Shown here piece by piece: positions 26,115 through 37,559 of a stretch of 64,000 bases of DNA; position 1 is the stretch's first letter; each line of letters starts with the position of its first letter. The stretch comes from Planctomycetota bacterium (GTDB taxonomy: Bacteria > Planctomycetota > UBA1135 > UBA2386): the NCBI GenBank assembly GCA_965223545.1, contig OZ245006.1:1088001-1152000 (forward strand). The letters run 5' to 3'. Below the pieces are notes generated by a model. It ran no database searches. It was not told the origin of the DNA and saw only the letters and a program-made list of their open reading frames with translations. The translations under genes and the position numbers were made by a program.

Positions 26115-28208
26115 ATGAGCACAACACCGTCCATCAGCGCTCTTCTCGAGCACGAGGACTTCGTCCGCCGGCTGGCCCTCAGCCTGGCGGCCGACCCCGC
26201 ATTCGCTGACGATCTGGCGCAGGACACTTGGCTCGCCGCGCTGCGGCGGCCACCCGAGACGCTGGCCTCGGTGCGGAGCTGGCTGGCCCGGGTGATGCAC
26301 AACCAGGCCAAGAACCAAGTGCGCGCCGACCACCGCCGCCGGCGGCGCGAAGCCGCGGCGGCGCGGCCCGAGACCGATGCCAGTGGCGCTGAGGCGCGCG
26401 AACGGCTGGCACTGCAGCACCGCGTCGTCGAAGCGGTCTTTGCCCTGCACGAACCACACCGCTCGGTCGTGCTGTTGCGCTACTACGACGGGCTGAGTTC
26501 GGCCGAGATCGCTCGCCGGCGCGGCGTCCCAGCGGCCACCGTGCGTTCGCAGCTCAAGCGCGGACTCGACGCACTGCGCGGCCAGCTCGACCGGGAGGTG
26601 CCGGGCGGGCGCACCGCGTGGACCACGCTGCTGCTGCGCTTCGCGGGCCGCGCGCCAGGGGCTGTTGGAGGGGGCGCGAAGATCGCGGCGGCGGCCGTCG
26701 CTCTGCTGGCCGCCGGCGCCGTGGCGGTGCCGGCCGCGGCCTGGAGCACCGCCTCCCCACCGCACATCGCCACCGTCGCGTCGCTCCAACTCGCCCCAAC
26801 CTCGCCAGGACCCGCGACCGCGCCGGCCGCGGCAAACCCGTCCCGGTCGCAACCCGCCGCAGGGGAACAGGAAGCGCAAGACCCCATCGAGCGCAAGACG
26901 CCGATCGAGCTCACGGCGCTGGCAGAACACGTCCAGGCCTTGTTGCGACAGCGCATGCTGACGCCGGCGCCCGAGCACGTGGATCCTGTCCTGCAAGGAC
27001 TGCGCGGCACAGCCGGCACGCATGGGGCCGCACGGGTGCTCCGCCGCGAAATCTGGGACGCCGCGGTGAACCCTCCGCTCGGCATCCCCGGCGGCGGCGC
27101 ATACTTCTCCTTCCACCGGCAGAGCCACAGCTACGGCGACGAACCGGACGTATCCCTGTCCATTGGGCGCTTCAGCTCCGGGTTCTACGGTGGTTCGCGC
27201 GGCTACCTCCTCGATCTGGGCAGCACTCCACTCGCGGCGGTCACGACGCTGGCCGAGCAGGAAGGAGACGCGCAGGCGGCCCCGGAGCTGAACGCTCAGT
27301 GGAGGCATCTGAGCGCGGACGCCGGCACCACAGACAGCGGCCACGATGACGCCTACGACCGGGAGGCGGAGCGACTGGGACTGCGGGACAACGTCGTGGC
27401 CCGCACCGGCCGCACCTACCTGCTGCGCGCATTGCTCGATCGCGAGCACGATGTCTTGGTCGCGTTTCGGTCGGTGCACGAGGATCAGGACGGCCACACC
27501 CTGGTGTGGCGCGTGCTGAAGACGTTCGGTTCCTACGGCGATGGCTCGACGTCTGCACCTCCTGCGACAAGGGGCAAGGCTCCCGCGTGGCTGCGACGCA
27601 AGACCTCAGAACAGCTCATGAAGACCTTGGACGAAATCCGCACCCGAGGTGAAGAAGCGCTCCTCGAGGTTCCGCATCAGCTCGCGCGCCGGTTCCGAGC
27701 GTTCGCGCGGCGCCACGGCCAGGGCTTGTGTCGCCTCCTGCACCGCGGCAAGTGGGACGCCATCACTCACAGCCAGGGTGGTGGCGCCTTCTTCTCCTTC
27801 GTCACCGAACGGCACCACTACCAGCACCAGCCAGACATCCTGCTCGAACAAGGCGTCTACCGCTCGGGGTTCGCGGGTTTGAACCGCGGCTTCGTCCTGG
27901 ACCTCGGGGACATCCGGCTCGAGCACGCGGATCGCATGCCGCCGTCACTCGACGAGGCCGGCCGACGCGCCTGGCGCTTTCTGCAAGACATGGTGCCGGA
28001 ACGGACCGATTACGGATTCAAGGTGAGCGACGACGACCACCAAACCGCCTACACCATGGGCCTCACCCGCGCGCCACGCGGGGTCGCCGGCCATTGCTAC
28101 CTGCTGCGGTCGGTGTGCACCGAGCACGACGTCACCGTGGTGTTCGAGACGCTCGGGGTCGACGACGCGGGCCACACGCTGCGCTGGCGCATCCTGAAGC
28201 AGCAGTGA
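26115..28208 (+). CDS. Sigma-70 family ECF with transmembrane helix and duplicated unknown C-terminal domain
   Basis: Region 2: FVRRLALSL..ADDLAQDTWLAAL..WLARVMHN. Region 4: LHEPHRSVVLLRYYDGLSSAEIA..TVRSQLKRG. TM: IAAAAVALLAAGAVAV. Two GGGA(Y/F)FSF...YLLR...HDV.V.F...GHTL.WR.LK repeats. Confidence 0.88.
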   Translation: MSTTPSISALLEHEDFVRRLALSLAADPAFADDLAQDTWLAALRRPPETLASVRSWLARVMHNQAKNQVRADHRRRRREAAAARPETDASGAEARERLALQHRVVEAVFALHEPHRSVVLLRYYDGLSSAEIARRRGVPAATVRSQLKRGLDALRGQLDREVPGGRTAWTTLLLRFAGRAPGAVGGGAKIAAAAVALLAAGAVAVPAAAWSTASPPHIATVASLQLAPTSPGPATAPAAANPSRSQPAAGEQEAQDPIERKTPIELTALAEHVQALLRQRMLTPAPEHVDPVLQGLRGTAGTHGAARVLRREIWDAAVNPPLGIPGGGAYFSFHRQSHSYGDEPDVSLSIGRFSSGFYGGSRGYLLDLGSTPLAAVTTLAEQEGDAQAAPELNAQWRHLSADAGTTDSGHDDAYDREAERLGLRDNVVARTGRTYLLRALLDREHDVLVAFRSVHEDQDGHTLVWRVLKTFGSYGDGSTSAPPATRGKAPAWLRRKTSEQLMKTLDEIRTRGEEALLEVPHQLARRFRAFARRHGQGLCRLLHRGKWDAITHSQGGGAFFSFVTERHHYQHQPDILLEQGVYRSGFAGLNRGFVLDLGDIRLEHADRMPPSLDEAGRRAWRFLQDMVPERTDYGFKVSDDDHQTAYTMGLTRAPRGVAGHCYLLRSVCTEHDVTVVFETLGVDDAGHTLRWRILKQQ

Positions 28209-28210
28209 CG

Positions 28211-30337
28211 CTACTGCAGCTGCACCTGCAGCGCGTCGCTCAGCTCGAACGGTCCCGCGCAACCGCGGTCACACCGCACCGCCCACTGCGCCACGAACGT
28301 CGCCCCCACCAGGCTCGGCAGCGCGGGGAGCGGCAGCGGTAGCGCGGCGTTGCCGCGCTGGTCCGAGACCGCTGGCACCAGCACCGCGCCGTTTGGGTCG
28401 ACCCGCAGCGTGCACGCGCCCAGCGGCAATGAAGCGACCGACGTGCCCAGCACGGCGACCGCCGCGGTGCTTCGCTGGCTGTCGCGCAGGCGTACGGTAA
28501 ACGCGGCGTTGCCGGTCACCGCGCATCCGGCTGCGGTGTAGCCGCCGCGGCCGCAGCGGCCACCGAGGTCCGTGGTCACGCCGTCGTCGCTGCGGAACAG
28601 CACCATGCCGAGATGATCGGTGAGGGCCAGCGCGTTGTCGTTCTGGGTCGTAGCGTCCGCATGGTGGCTCGCCACCGCCGGAAAAAGGCGATACCGACTG
28701 CGTGGCGTTGTCCGCGTCTGCGTCACGAACGGACCCTCGCACGGCAAGCAGTCGAATGGATCCACCGACATCACCATCGAGTTGTCGTTCGCGTCGAGGT
28801 AGCTGAGCGTATACGAGTTGCCGCTCCACGCTACGCTCGCGAGCGGCGTCACCTGCGGTAGGAGGATGCCAGCGGTCGGACTCGTCACTGGCCCGATCAC
28901 GCGCTCTTGCCCGACGTACGCCACCTCGTCCGTAGAGTCCCAGAACACTGGCAAGCACGCGAGCTCTCCGTCCTCATTTGCGTAGGTGATCAGCCACTGC
29001 CGCCCGTTGCCGTCGACGTCAGGCTGGCTCGCTCCCACTCCCGCTTGGCCGAGCCCACCTTGGTCCAGGACGTTGAGGTTGCGGTCGATCACCGCTGCCT
29101 GCAGGTCCCCATTCAGCAGCCACACGGCAAGGTGCCGGCCTTCGAGGCCGTTCCCCTTGGAGACGACCAGCTGACTGTTTGTGTCGGCCGGGCCCAACGA
29201 TGTCTGGCTGATGACCTTGCCGTTGTAGGTCGCATCGATCTCGAGCTCAGCAGCTACGATCGTGCGCTGCGTTCCGTTGACTTCGTTCCAAACAATGAGG
29301 AGATCGTCGTCGAGCAACGTCGACTCACCGCCGATGTCGAAGGCCTCCATCGAAAGTCCGCGACCAACGCGAATATACGCCCCGAACACAGTGACCCCAT
29401 TCTGGACATAAAGTGAGGTCAGCCAAATGGGAAAGGTTAGGTGCGCGGGACGTGACAAGACACCACCGACAAAAGCGTCTCGTAACCGGACGTAAGACGA
29501 ACTCGGGGACAACGCGTTCCCATTCGAGGGGTATGAATAAACAACTGGATTCCAGCTTCCGTCCGGAGCCACTAGGATTCCTTGCCCCGACGAGAAATAC
29601 CCGTTGGGGTACGTCCCGCTGATCATGTAGAAGCCGTCCGCCCCCCCAGCCGCCACATCGACTTCGCCATCCCCCCATTGCCCTGGAGGCGGCTTCCTAA
29701 GAATGCCGCTAATCAAGGGATCGACGAGCAACGGCAGCTCCGCACGCGCGACAAACTCTGCGCCAACCCGAAGCCGCACCAGACCGGCCTCGTACTCGAG
29801 AACGCCGGGACTCTGTTCCCCGGCCGCGTCGATCGCAGTGACGCCCCCCATTCGCCATCCTGACCCGGTTGCATCGCGAAAAACGAGACCCCGCCCCTCG
29901 GCGACACCCTGCAGGTCGCACTCCAACCCGACTTCGATCAAGAGATCGCCGCTGCCCTCCGGCAACGCGGTGAGGAGAAAGCTCTGCTCGAGACCCCGGG
30001 CGACGGTCTCGTAGCGCTCGGTGACTACGCCGTGCACGTACTCCGCGCGCCGGCGACCGTCGACAAGTCGCGGTTGGCCGCCGTGAGCGCCCAGCCGCTC
30101 ACCGCCGTCGCGGCGCGCCTCGATGAAGCGCAACGCGAAAGGTGTGGGAACGCCGTTGGCACCCGACACCGAGAACGCCACCCCGCCGGGGCGTAGAGCG
30201 ACCGTCAGCCCGCTCGCCAGCACTGCTCGGAAGTCCGCGTCGAAATGGGGGGCGGCAATCGGCTGGTTGGGCACCTGCGGAGCCAAGGCGAGGACCGGAG
30301 ACAACAACAACGTCAGAGGGGGCTTCATGGTGGTCAT
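28211..30337 (-). CDS. Secreted hypothetical protein (paralog A)
   Basis: Signal-like MKPPLTLLLSPVLALAPQ. N-domain ends in LPLLVDP. Highly similar to 30427-32553. Confidence 0.8.
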   Translation of the reverse strand: MTTMKPPLTLLLSPVLALAPQVPNQPIAAPHFDADFRAVLASGLTVALRPGGVAFSVSGANGVPTPFALRFIEARRDGGERLGAHGGQPRLVDGRRRAEYVHGVVTERYETVARGLEQSFLLTALPEGSGDLLIEVGLECDLQGVAEGRGLVFRDATGSGWRMGGVTAIDAAGEQSPGVLEYEAGLVRLRVGAEFVARAELPLLVDPLISGILRKPPPGQWGDGEVDVAAGGADGFYMISGTYPNGYFSSGQGILVAPDGSWNPVVYSYPSNGNALSPSSSYVRLRDAFVGGVLSRPAHLTFPIWLTSLYVQNGVTVFGAYIRVGRGLSMEAFDIGGESTLLDDDLLIVWNEVNGTQRTIVAAELEIDATYNGKVISQTSLGPADTNSQLVVSKGNGLEGRHLAVWLLNGDLQAAVIDRNLNVLDQGGLGQAGVGASQPDVDGNGRQWLITYANEDGELACLPVFWDSTDEVAYVGQERVIGPVTSPTAGILLPQVTPLASVAWSGNSYTLSYLDANDNSMVMSVDPFDCLPCEGPFVTQTRTTPRSRYRLFPAVASHHADATTQNDNALALTDHLGMVLFRSDDGVTTDLGGRCGRGGYTAAGCAVTGNAAFTVRLRDSQRSTAAVAVLGTSVASLPLGACTLRVDPNGAVLVPAVSDQRGNAALPLPLPALPSLVGATFVAQWAVRCDRGCAGPFELSDALQVQLQ

Positions 30338-30426
30338 TCCGAAACCGCGGCCGTACACCCCTCGCACCCCGGGCCCATTATGGCCCTACCGCCACGCTTT
30401 GACCAGCGACCCAGGCGCGGCCCGCC

Positions 30427-32553
30427 CTACTGCAGCTGCACCAGCAGCGCGTCGCTCAGCTCGAACGGTCCCGCGCAACCGCGGTCACACCGCACCGCCC
30501 ACTGCGCCACGAACGACGCCCCGACCAAGCTCGGCAGCGCGGGGAGCGGCAGCGGCAGGGAGGCGTTGCCGCGCTGGTCCGAGACCGCCGGGACCAGCAC
30601 CGCACCGTTCGGGTCGACCCGCAGCGTGCACGCACCGAACGGCAGGGAAGCCACCGCGGTGCCCAGCACGGCGACCGCCGCGGTGCTTCGCTGGCTGTCG
30701 CGCAGGCGCACGGTGAACGCCGCGTTACCGGTCACCGCGCAGCCGGCCGCGGTGTAGCCGCCGCGGCCACAGCGACCACCGAGGTCCGTGGTCAGGCCGT
30801 CGTCGCTGCGGAACAGCACCATGTTGAGCCGGTCGGTGAGGACGAGCGCGTTGTCGTTGTGCGTCGTCACATCGGCGTGATGGCTTGCCATCGCTGGGAA
30901 TAGGCGATACGGCGTTCGCACTTGGGTGCGCGCTTGCGTGACCAACGGTCCTTCGCACGGTAAGCAGTCGAACGGGTCCACCGACATCACCATCGAGTTG
31001 TCGTTCGCGTCCAGATAGCTGATCGTGTACGAGTTGCCGCTCCAGGCCACGCTCGCGAGTGGGGTCGGCTGCGGCAGGAGAATGCCCGCCAGCGGAGTCG
31101 TCACTGGGCCAATCACTCTCTCCTGCCCGACGTACGCGACTTCGTCGGTCGAATCCCAGAACACCGGCAAGCACGCCAGGTCGCCGTCCTCATTGGCGTA
31201 GGTGACCAGCCACTGGCGCCCGTTGCCGTCGACGTCCGCCTGGCTCGCCCCCACGCCCGCCGGGCCGAGCCCACCCTGGTCCAGGACGTTGAGGCCGCGG
31301 TCGATCACCGCTGCGTGGAGGTTTCCGTTCAGCAACCAGACGGCCAGGTGCCGGCCTTCGAGGCCATTGCCCTTCGAGACGACCAGTTGGCTGTTAGTGT
31401 CGGCGGGGCCGATAGACACCTGCCGGATGACCTTGCCGTTGTAGGTCGCGTCGATCTCCAGCTCTGCAGCGACGATCGTGCGTTGCGTGCCGTTGGTTTC
31501 GTTCCAAACGACCAGCAGGTCGTCGTCGAGGAGCGTTGACTCTCCGCCGAGGTCGAAGGCCTCGATCGACAATCCGTTTCCCACGCGAATGAGCGCGCCG
31601 TAGGCCATCGCACCACTGCTCACATAAACCGACGTCATCCAGATGGGAACTGACTGATGGGGCGGGCGAGAAAGAACGCCGCCGACGAAAACATCTCGCG
31701 CTGGAAGATAGGCGCAACTTGGCGACAACGCGTTCACAGAAGGGTGCGTAACGGCACGAGGACCATAGCTTCCATCAGGGCCAACCAACGTCGCTCCTCC
31801 AGCGGCGCCATACCAGCCCGCGTAGGTCCCATTGACCATGTAGTAGCCATCCGGCCCGCCGGCCGCGACGTCGACTTCGCCACCCCAAGCGCCCGGCACC
31901 GGCGGCTTTGGCAAAATCCCACTGATCAATGGATCCACGAGCAGAGGGAGACGAGCCCGCGCCAAGAACGTCGCCTCGACCCGAAGCCGCACCAACCCAC
32001 CGTCGTACTCGAGGAACCCGTGACTTCTTGCGCCAGCTGCGTCGATCGCAGTGACCGCACCCATCCTCCACCCAGCCCCATTGGAGTCTCGAAACGCGAG
32101 ACCCCGCCCCTCCGCAACACCGTGCAGGTCGCACTCCACCCCGAGCTCGATCAAGAGATCGCCACTGCCCTCCGGCAACGCCGTGAAGAGGAAGCTCTGC
32201 TCGAGACCGCCGGCGACGATCTCGTAGCGCTCGGTGACCACGCCGTGGACGTACTCGGCGCGACGGCGACCATCCACGATCCGTGGCATGCCGACGGCGG
32301 CAGCCAGCCGCTCCCCTCTCTCCCGCCGAACGCCGATCAGGCGCAGGGCGAAACAGACCCGGTCGCCTGCCACGGAGAACGCGACTTGGTCAGGGCGCAA
32401 CGTGACGGAGAGGCCTCCGGCCAACACCGCGCGATGATCCGCCCCGAACCGATCCTCTCCAACCGATCGGTCGGAAATGTCAACGAGAGCATCAGCCGTG
32501 GGGGTCTGCGCGTTGGCTAGCGCGGCAACAGCAACAACCAATAGGGTTCTCAT
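30427..32553 (-). CDS. Secreted hypothetical protein (paralog B)
   Basis: GGAGA RBS, then MRTLLVVAVAALANA|Q. Tandem paralog of 28211-30337. Confidence 0.82.
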   Translation of the reverse strand: MRTLLVVAVAALANAQTPTADALVDISDRSVGEDRFGADHRAVLAGGLSVTLRPDQVAFSVAGDRVCFALRLIGVRRERGERLAAAVGMPRIVDGRRRAEYVHGVVTERYEIVAGGLEQSFLFTALPEGSGDLLIELGVECDLHGVAEGRGLAFRDSNGAGWRMGAVTAIDAAGARSHGFLEYDGGLVRLRVEATFLARARLPLLVDPLISGILPKPPVPGAWGGEVDVAAGGPDGYYMVNGTYAGWYGAAGGATLVGPDGSYGPRAVTHPSVNALSPSCAYLPARDVFVGGVLSRPPHQSVPIWMTSVYVSSGAMAYGALIRVGNGLSIEAFDLGGESTLLDDDLLVVWNETNGTQRTIVAAELEIDATYNGKVIRQVSIGPADTNSQLVVSKGNGLEGRHLAVWLLNGNLHAAVIDRGLNVLDQGGLGPAGVGASQADVDGNGRQWLVTYANEDGDLACLPVFWDSTDEVAYVGQERVIGPVTTPLAGILLPQPTPLASVAWSGNSYTISYLDANDNSMVMSVDPFDCLPCEGPLVTQARTQVRTPYRLFPAMASHHADVTTHNDNALVLTDRLNMVLFRSDDGLTTDLGGRCGRGGYTAAGCAVTGNAAFTVRLRDSQRSTAAVAVLGTAVASLPFGACTLRVDPNGAVLVPAVSDQRGNASLPLPLPALPSLVGASFVAQWAVRCDRGCAGPFELSDALLVQLQ

Positions 32554-32593
32554 GATCACGGTCTCCGTGTCGAGGTGTCGGAGTGGTCGGCGG

Positions 32594-34502
<1,909 letters not shown>

Positions 34503-34712
34503 TCCTTCTACCTCAGCCTTCGAGCCTCAGAGCGTCCTGAGCACCTTGACACGATCACGAGTATCAACGCCTACGCCAAATGGTCAACCCCCACGGCCTC
34601 GCCCTGAAGCCGCGACGCATCGACCGGAAACCCGTGGATCGCGCCCGCCCGCCGCCTATTCTCTGCCGGCGAATGCCGGGCCGGCGCGCCGGCCCCCAAC
34701 CCCTCTCGAGCC

Positions 34713-35603
34713 ATGACTTTCGAACAGCAGCTGAACAAGATCAAGACCGCCGACGGCTTCATCGCCGCGCTCGACCAGAGCGGTGGCAGCACCCCCAAGG
34801 CCCTGCGTCTGTATGGCGTGGAGGAGTCGGATTACTCGGGCGAAGCCGAGATGTTCGACAAGATCCACGAGATGCGCACGCGCATCGTCACCGACCGCAC
34901 CTTCAACGGGGATCGCATCCTCGGCGCCATTCTGTTCGAGATGACCATGGACCGGCAGATCGGCGGCAAGGGTTCGGCCGAGTATCTGTGGCAGGACAAG
35001 AACGTGGTGCCGTTCTTGAAGATCGACAAGGGGCTCGAGGCGGAAGCCGACGGTGCGCAGCGGATGAAGCCGATGCCGGGGTTGGACGCGCTGCTGGCGC
35101 GCGCCAAGACGCACGGCGTGTTCGGCACCAAGGAGCGCTCGGTGATCAAGCACGCCAACGAGACCGGCGTCAACGCGGTCGTCGACCAGCAGTTCGAGGT
35201 CGGCCACCAGGTGCTCGCCGCGGGGCTGGTGCCGATCTTGGAGCCCGAGGTCGACATCAACAGCCCGACCAAGGCCGAGGCCGAGCAGATGCTGAAGAAG
35301 CGCATCCACGAGCAGCTCGGCAGCGTCGCCGACGGCAAGCAAATCATGCTCAAGCTGACGCTGCCCAGTGAGGACGGCTTCTATGCGGACGTGATCGCCC
35401 ACCCCAAGGTGCTCAAGGTCGTGGCGCTCTCCGGCGGCTACAGCCGCGAGGAAGCCAACGCCAAGCTCACCAACAACAAGGGCATGATCGCCAGCTTCAG
35501 CCGCGCGCTCACCGAGGGGCTGAGCGCGCAGCAGAGTGACGACGAGTTCAGCCGCACTCTCGACGGCGCCATCCAAAGCATCTTCGACGCGTCGAAGACC
35601 TGA
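34713..35603 (+). CDS. fda: Fructose-bisphosphate aldolase class I
   Basis: GFIAALDQSGGSTPKAL, ILGAILFE, PFLKIDKGL, FGTKERSVI, PILEPEV, MLKLTLP, VVALSGGYSR, IASFSRAL. Confidence 0.95.
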   Translation: MTFEQQLNKIKTADGFIAALDQSGGSTPKALRLYGVEESDYSGEAEMFDKIHEMRTRIVTDRTFNGDRILGAILFEMTMDRQIGGKGSAEYLWQDKNVVPFLKIDKGLEAEADGAQRMKPMPGLDALLARAKTHGVFGTKERSVIKHANETGVNAVVDQQFEVGHQVLAAGLVPILEPEVDINSPTKAEAEQMLKKRIHEQLGSVADGKQIMLKLTLPSEDGFYADVIAHPKVLKVVALSGGYSREEANAKLTNNKGMIASFSRALTEGLSAQQSDDEFSRTLDGAIQSIFDASKT

Positions 35604-35628
35604 GCGGCGGCGGCCGCGCGGCGATGCG

Positions 35629-37017
35629 ATGACGGCGGGCGCGGACAGCGGGTCGCCCCGGCCGCGCGGCCGGCCGGTGGCGGTCGGCGACATCCGGCGC
35701 CTGCACATCGAGCGCCTCGCCGACGGCCCGGACGGGCTGGCGCGGATCGACGGCTACGTCGTCTTCGTACCCGGCGCGTTGCCGGGTGAGGACGTGCGCG
35801 CCGAGATCACCAGCGCCAAGGCCAAGCTCGCGCGCGCCGCGCTGCGCGGCGTCGAGCGGCCCGCGGCGACGCGCGTCGCGCCCGAGTGCCGGCACTTCGA
35901 CGAGTGCGGCGGCTGCGACTGGCAGCACTGCGCCTACGATGCCCAGCTGCAGTTGAAGACCGCCCGCGTGCGCAGTGCGCTGCAGCACGCCCTCGGCGCT
36001 GCCGCAGCGGAGGTCGTGGCCCCGATGGTCGGTCCGCTGCAACCGTACGAGCAGCGCACCAAGGTCGCGCTACAGCTCGAAGTCCACGGCGGGCGGCTGC
36101 GCGCCGGCCTGCGGCAGCGGCGCAGCATGCAGCTGGTGCCGCTGCACGAGTGCCCGGTGAGCCAGGCGTCGGCGTTCGCGCTGGCGCGCGCCGCCGCCAC
36201 CGCCCTGCGGCGCGGCGTGCCGGAGGCGGAGCAGTCCGCGCTACGCGCGGTCGTGGTGCGCGCCGCGGCGGGCACCGGCGAACACGCGGTGCTGCTGGTC
36301 GCCGGCCGCCAGCACGTGACCGGGGTCGACGCGGTCGCCGGCGAGCTCGCCGACGCAGGCGCGACGACGGTCGCGGTCAACCTCAACCCCGGCCCGCGCG
36401 CGCGCCTGCTCGGGCCGCGCACGCACGTTGTGCACGGCCCACCGCGCATCACCGAGCGGATCGACGGCCTGACCTACCAGTGCTCCCCGGCCGCGTTTTT
36501 CCAGACCTCGGCCTTCGGCGCGGAATGGCTGGTGCAGAACGTGCCCGCCCTGCTGCGCGCCGGCGCCGACGACCGCGCGCTGGATCTCTACTGCGGCGGA
36601 GGACTCCTGTCGCTGGCGCTGGCACGGACCTGCCGCGCGGTGACCGGCGTCGAGCGCAACGCGGCCGCGGTCGGCGACGCGCGCGCGTCGGCCGCGGCCA
36701 GCGGGCTGCACAACGCGAAGTTCACCTGCGGCGCGGCCGCGCAGGTCGCCCGCCGGCTGCTCGACCGCCGCGGCCCGCGCACGCAGATCGCGGTGCTCGA
36801 TCCACCGCGCGCCGGCTGCGACGCCGAGTTGCTGGATCTGATCGGCAAATCGGACCTGCAACGATTGGCCTACGTATCGTGCGATCCATCCGCGCTGGCC
36901 CGCGACGCGGATGCGCTGACCGAGCGCGGCTTCGCCCTGCAGCACGTCCAGCCGCTCGACATGTTTCCCCACACGCACCACGTCGAGTGCGTCGCGGTGA
37001 TGCAGCGCCGCCGGTAG
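35629..37017 (+). CDS. rlmD: 23S rRNA (uracil-5)-methyltransferase RlmD/TrmA family
   Basis: TRAM domain (FVPGALPGE), C..F..CGGC Fe-S motif, AFFQ, LDLYCGGG, LDPPRAG, YVSCDP, DMFPHTHHVE. Confidence 0.88.
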   Translation: MTAGADSGSPRPRGRPVAVGDIRRLHIERLADGPDGLARIDGYVVFVPGALPGEDVRAEITSAKAKLARAALRGVERPAATRVAPECRHFDECGGCDWQHCAYDAQLQLKTARVRSALQHALGAAAAEVVAPMVGPLQPYEQRTKVALQLEVHGGRLRAGLRQRRSMQLVPLHECPVSQASAFALARAAATALRRGVPEAEQSALRAVVVRAAAGTGEHAVLLVAGRQHVTGVDAVAGELADAGATTVAVNLNPGPRARLLGPRTHVVHGPPRITERIDGLTYQCSPAAFFQTSAFGAEWLVQNVPALLRAGADDRALDLYCGGGLLSLALARTCRAVTGVERNAAAVGDARASAAASGLHNAKFTCGAAAQVARRLLDRRGPRTQIAVLDPPRAGCDAELLDLIGKSDLQRLAYVSCDPSALARDADALTERGFALQHVQPLDMFPHTHHVECVAVMQRRR

Positions 37018-37117
37018 GGACACCCCCCCAACGCGCGCAGTTTCTCGCCGATTCGGCCTCCGGTGCCGGCACGCGCTGCCGGTTTCAGAGTCGTCTCCCA
37101 CACCGGAAAGGCCATCG

Positions 37118-37537
37118 ATGCTCTCAACCAAGCGCTTCCCGATCTCCGCACTGCTAACCCTATCGACTGTGTGGCTCTGCACCGCCGCGGTGCCGGCACC
37201 GCCGGCCGACCACGCTCGCGCGGACCGAGCCGCCGCCGTCGCCCTCGATGCCCGGATGGAGACCGGAATCGGCGTCTGGATCTTGCCCGGTGCCGCGCAA
37301 GTCCCGCTCGGCGCGCTGATTCAGGTGCTCAACGACACCCCCCACACGATCTCCGTCACCATCCGTAACCAAACCACCGGAACTCTCGAGCACAAGGTCG
37401 ACGTCAAGGCCTGGGGGTCGACCTCATGGACGGTTGCGGGCACTGCCGGGGACACCCTCAAGACCGAGGCCAAGCGCGGCTCCCGGCTGCTCGAGGATCA
37501 CGTCCACACCATCGTACTGGACAACAAGGTCCCGTGA
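37118..37537 (+). CDS. Small secreted hypothetical protein
   Basis: Signal-like N-terminus, beta-rich mature part and coding-like codon usage. Confidence 0.6.
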   Translation: MLSTKRFPISALLTLSTVWLCTAAVPAPPADHARADRAAAVALDARMETGIGVWILPGAAQVPLGALIQVLNDTPHTISVTIRNQTTGTLEHKVDVKAWGSTSWTVAGTAGDTLKTEAKRGSRLLEDHVHTIVLDNKVP

Positions 37538-37559
37538 GCACGGTGCACGGCTCCGGCGA

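Noticed and set aside
28211..32553. Diversity-generating retroelement explanation for the paralog pair
   Set aside because: There is no reverse transcriptase in the window, both copies are full genes, and the differences include indels and are not adenine-specific.
34545..34575. TTGACA upstream of fda as a sigma70 -35 element
   Set aside because: There is no convincing -10 hexamer at 16-18 nt spacing.
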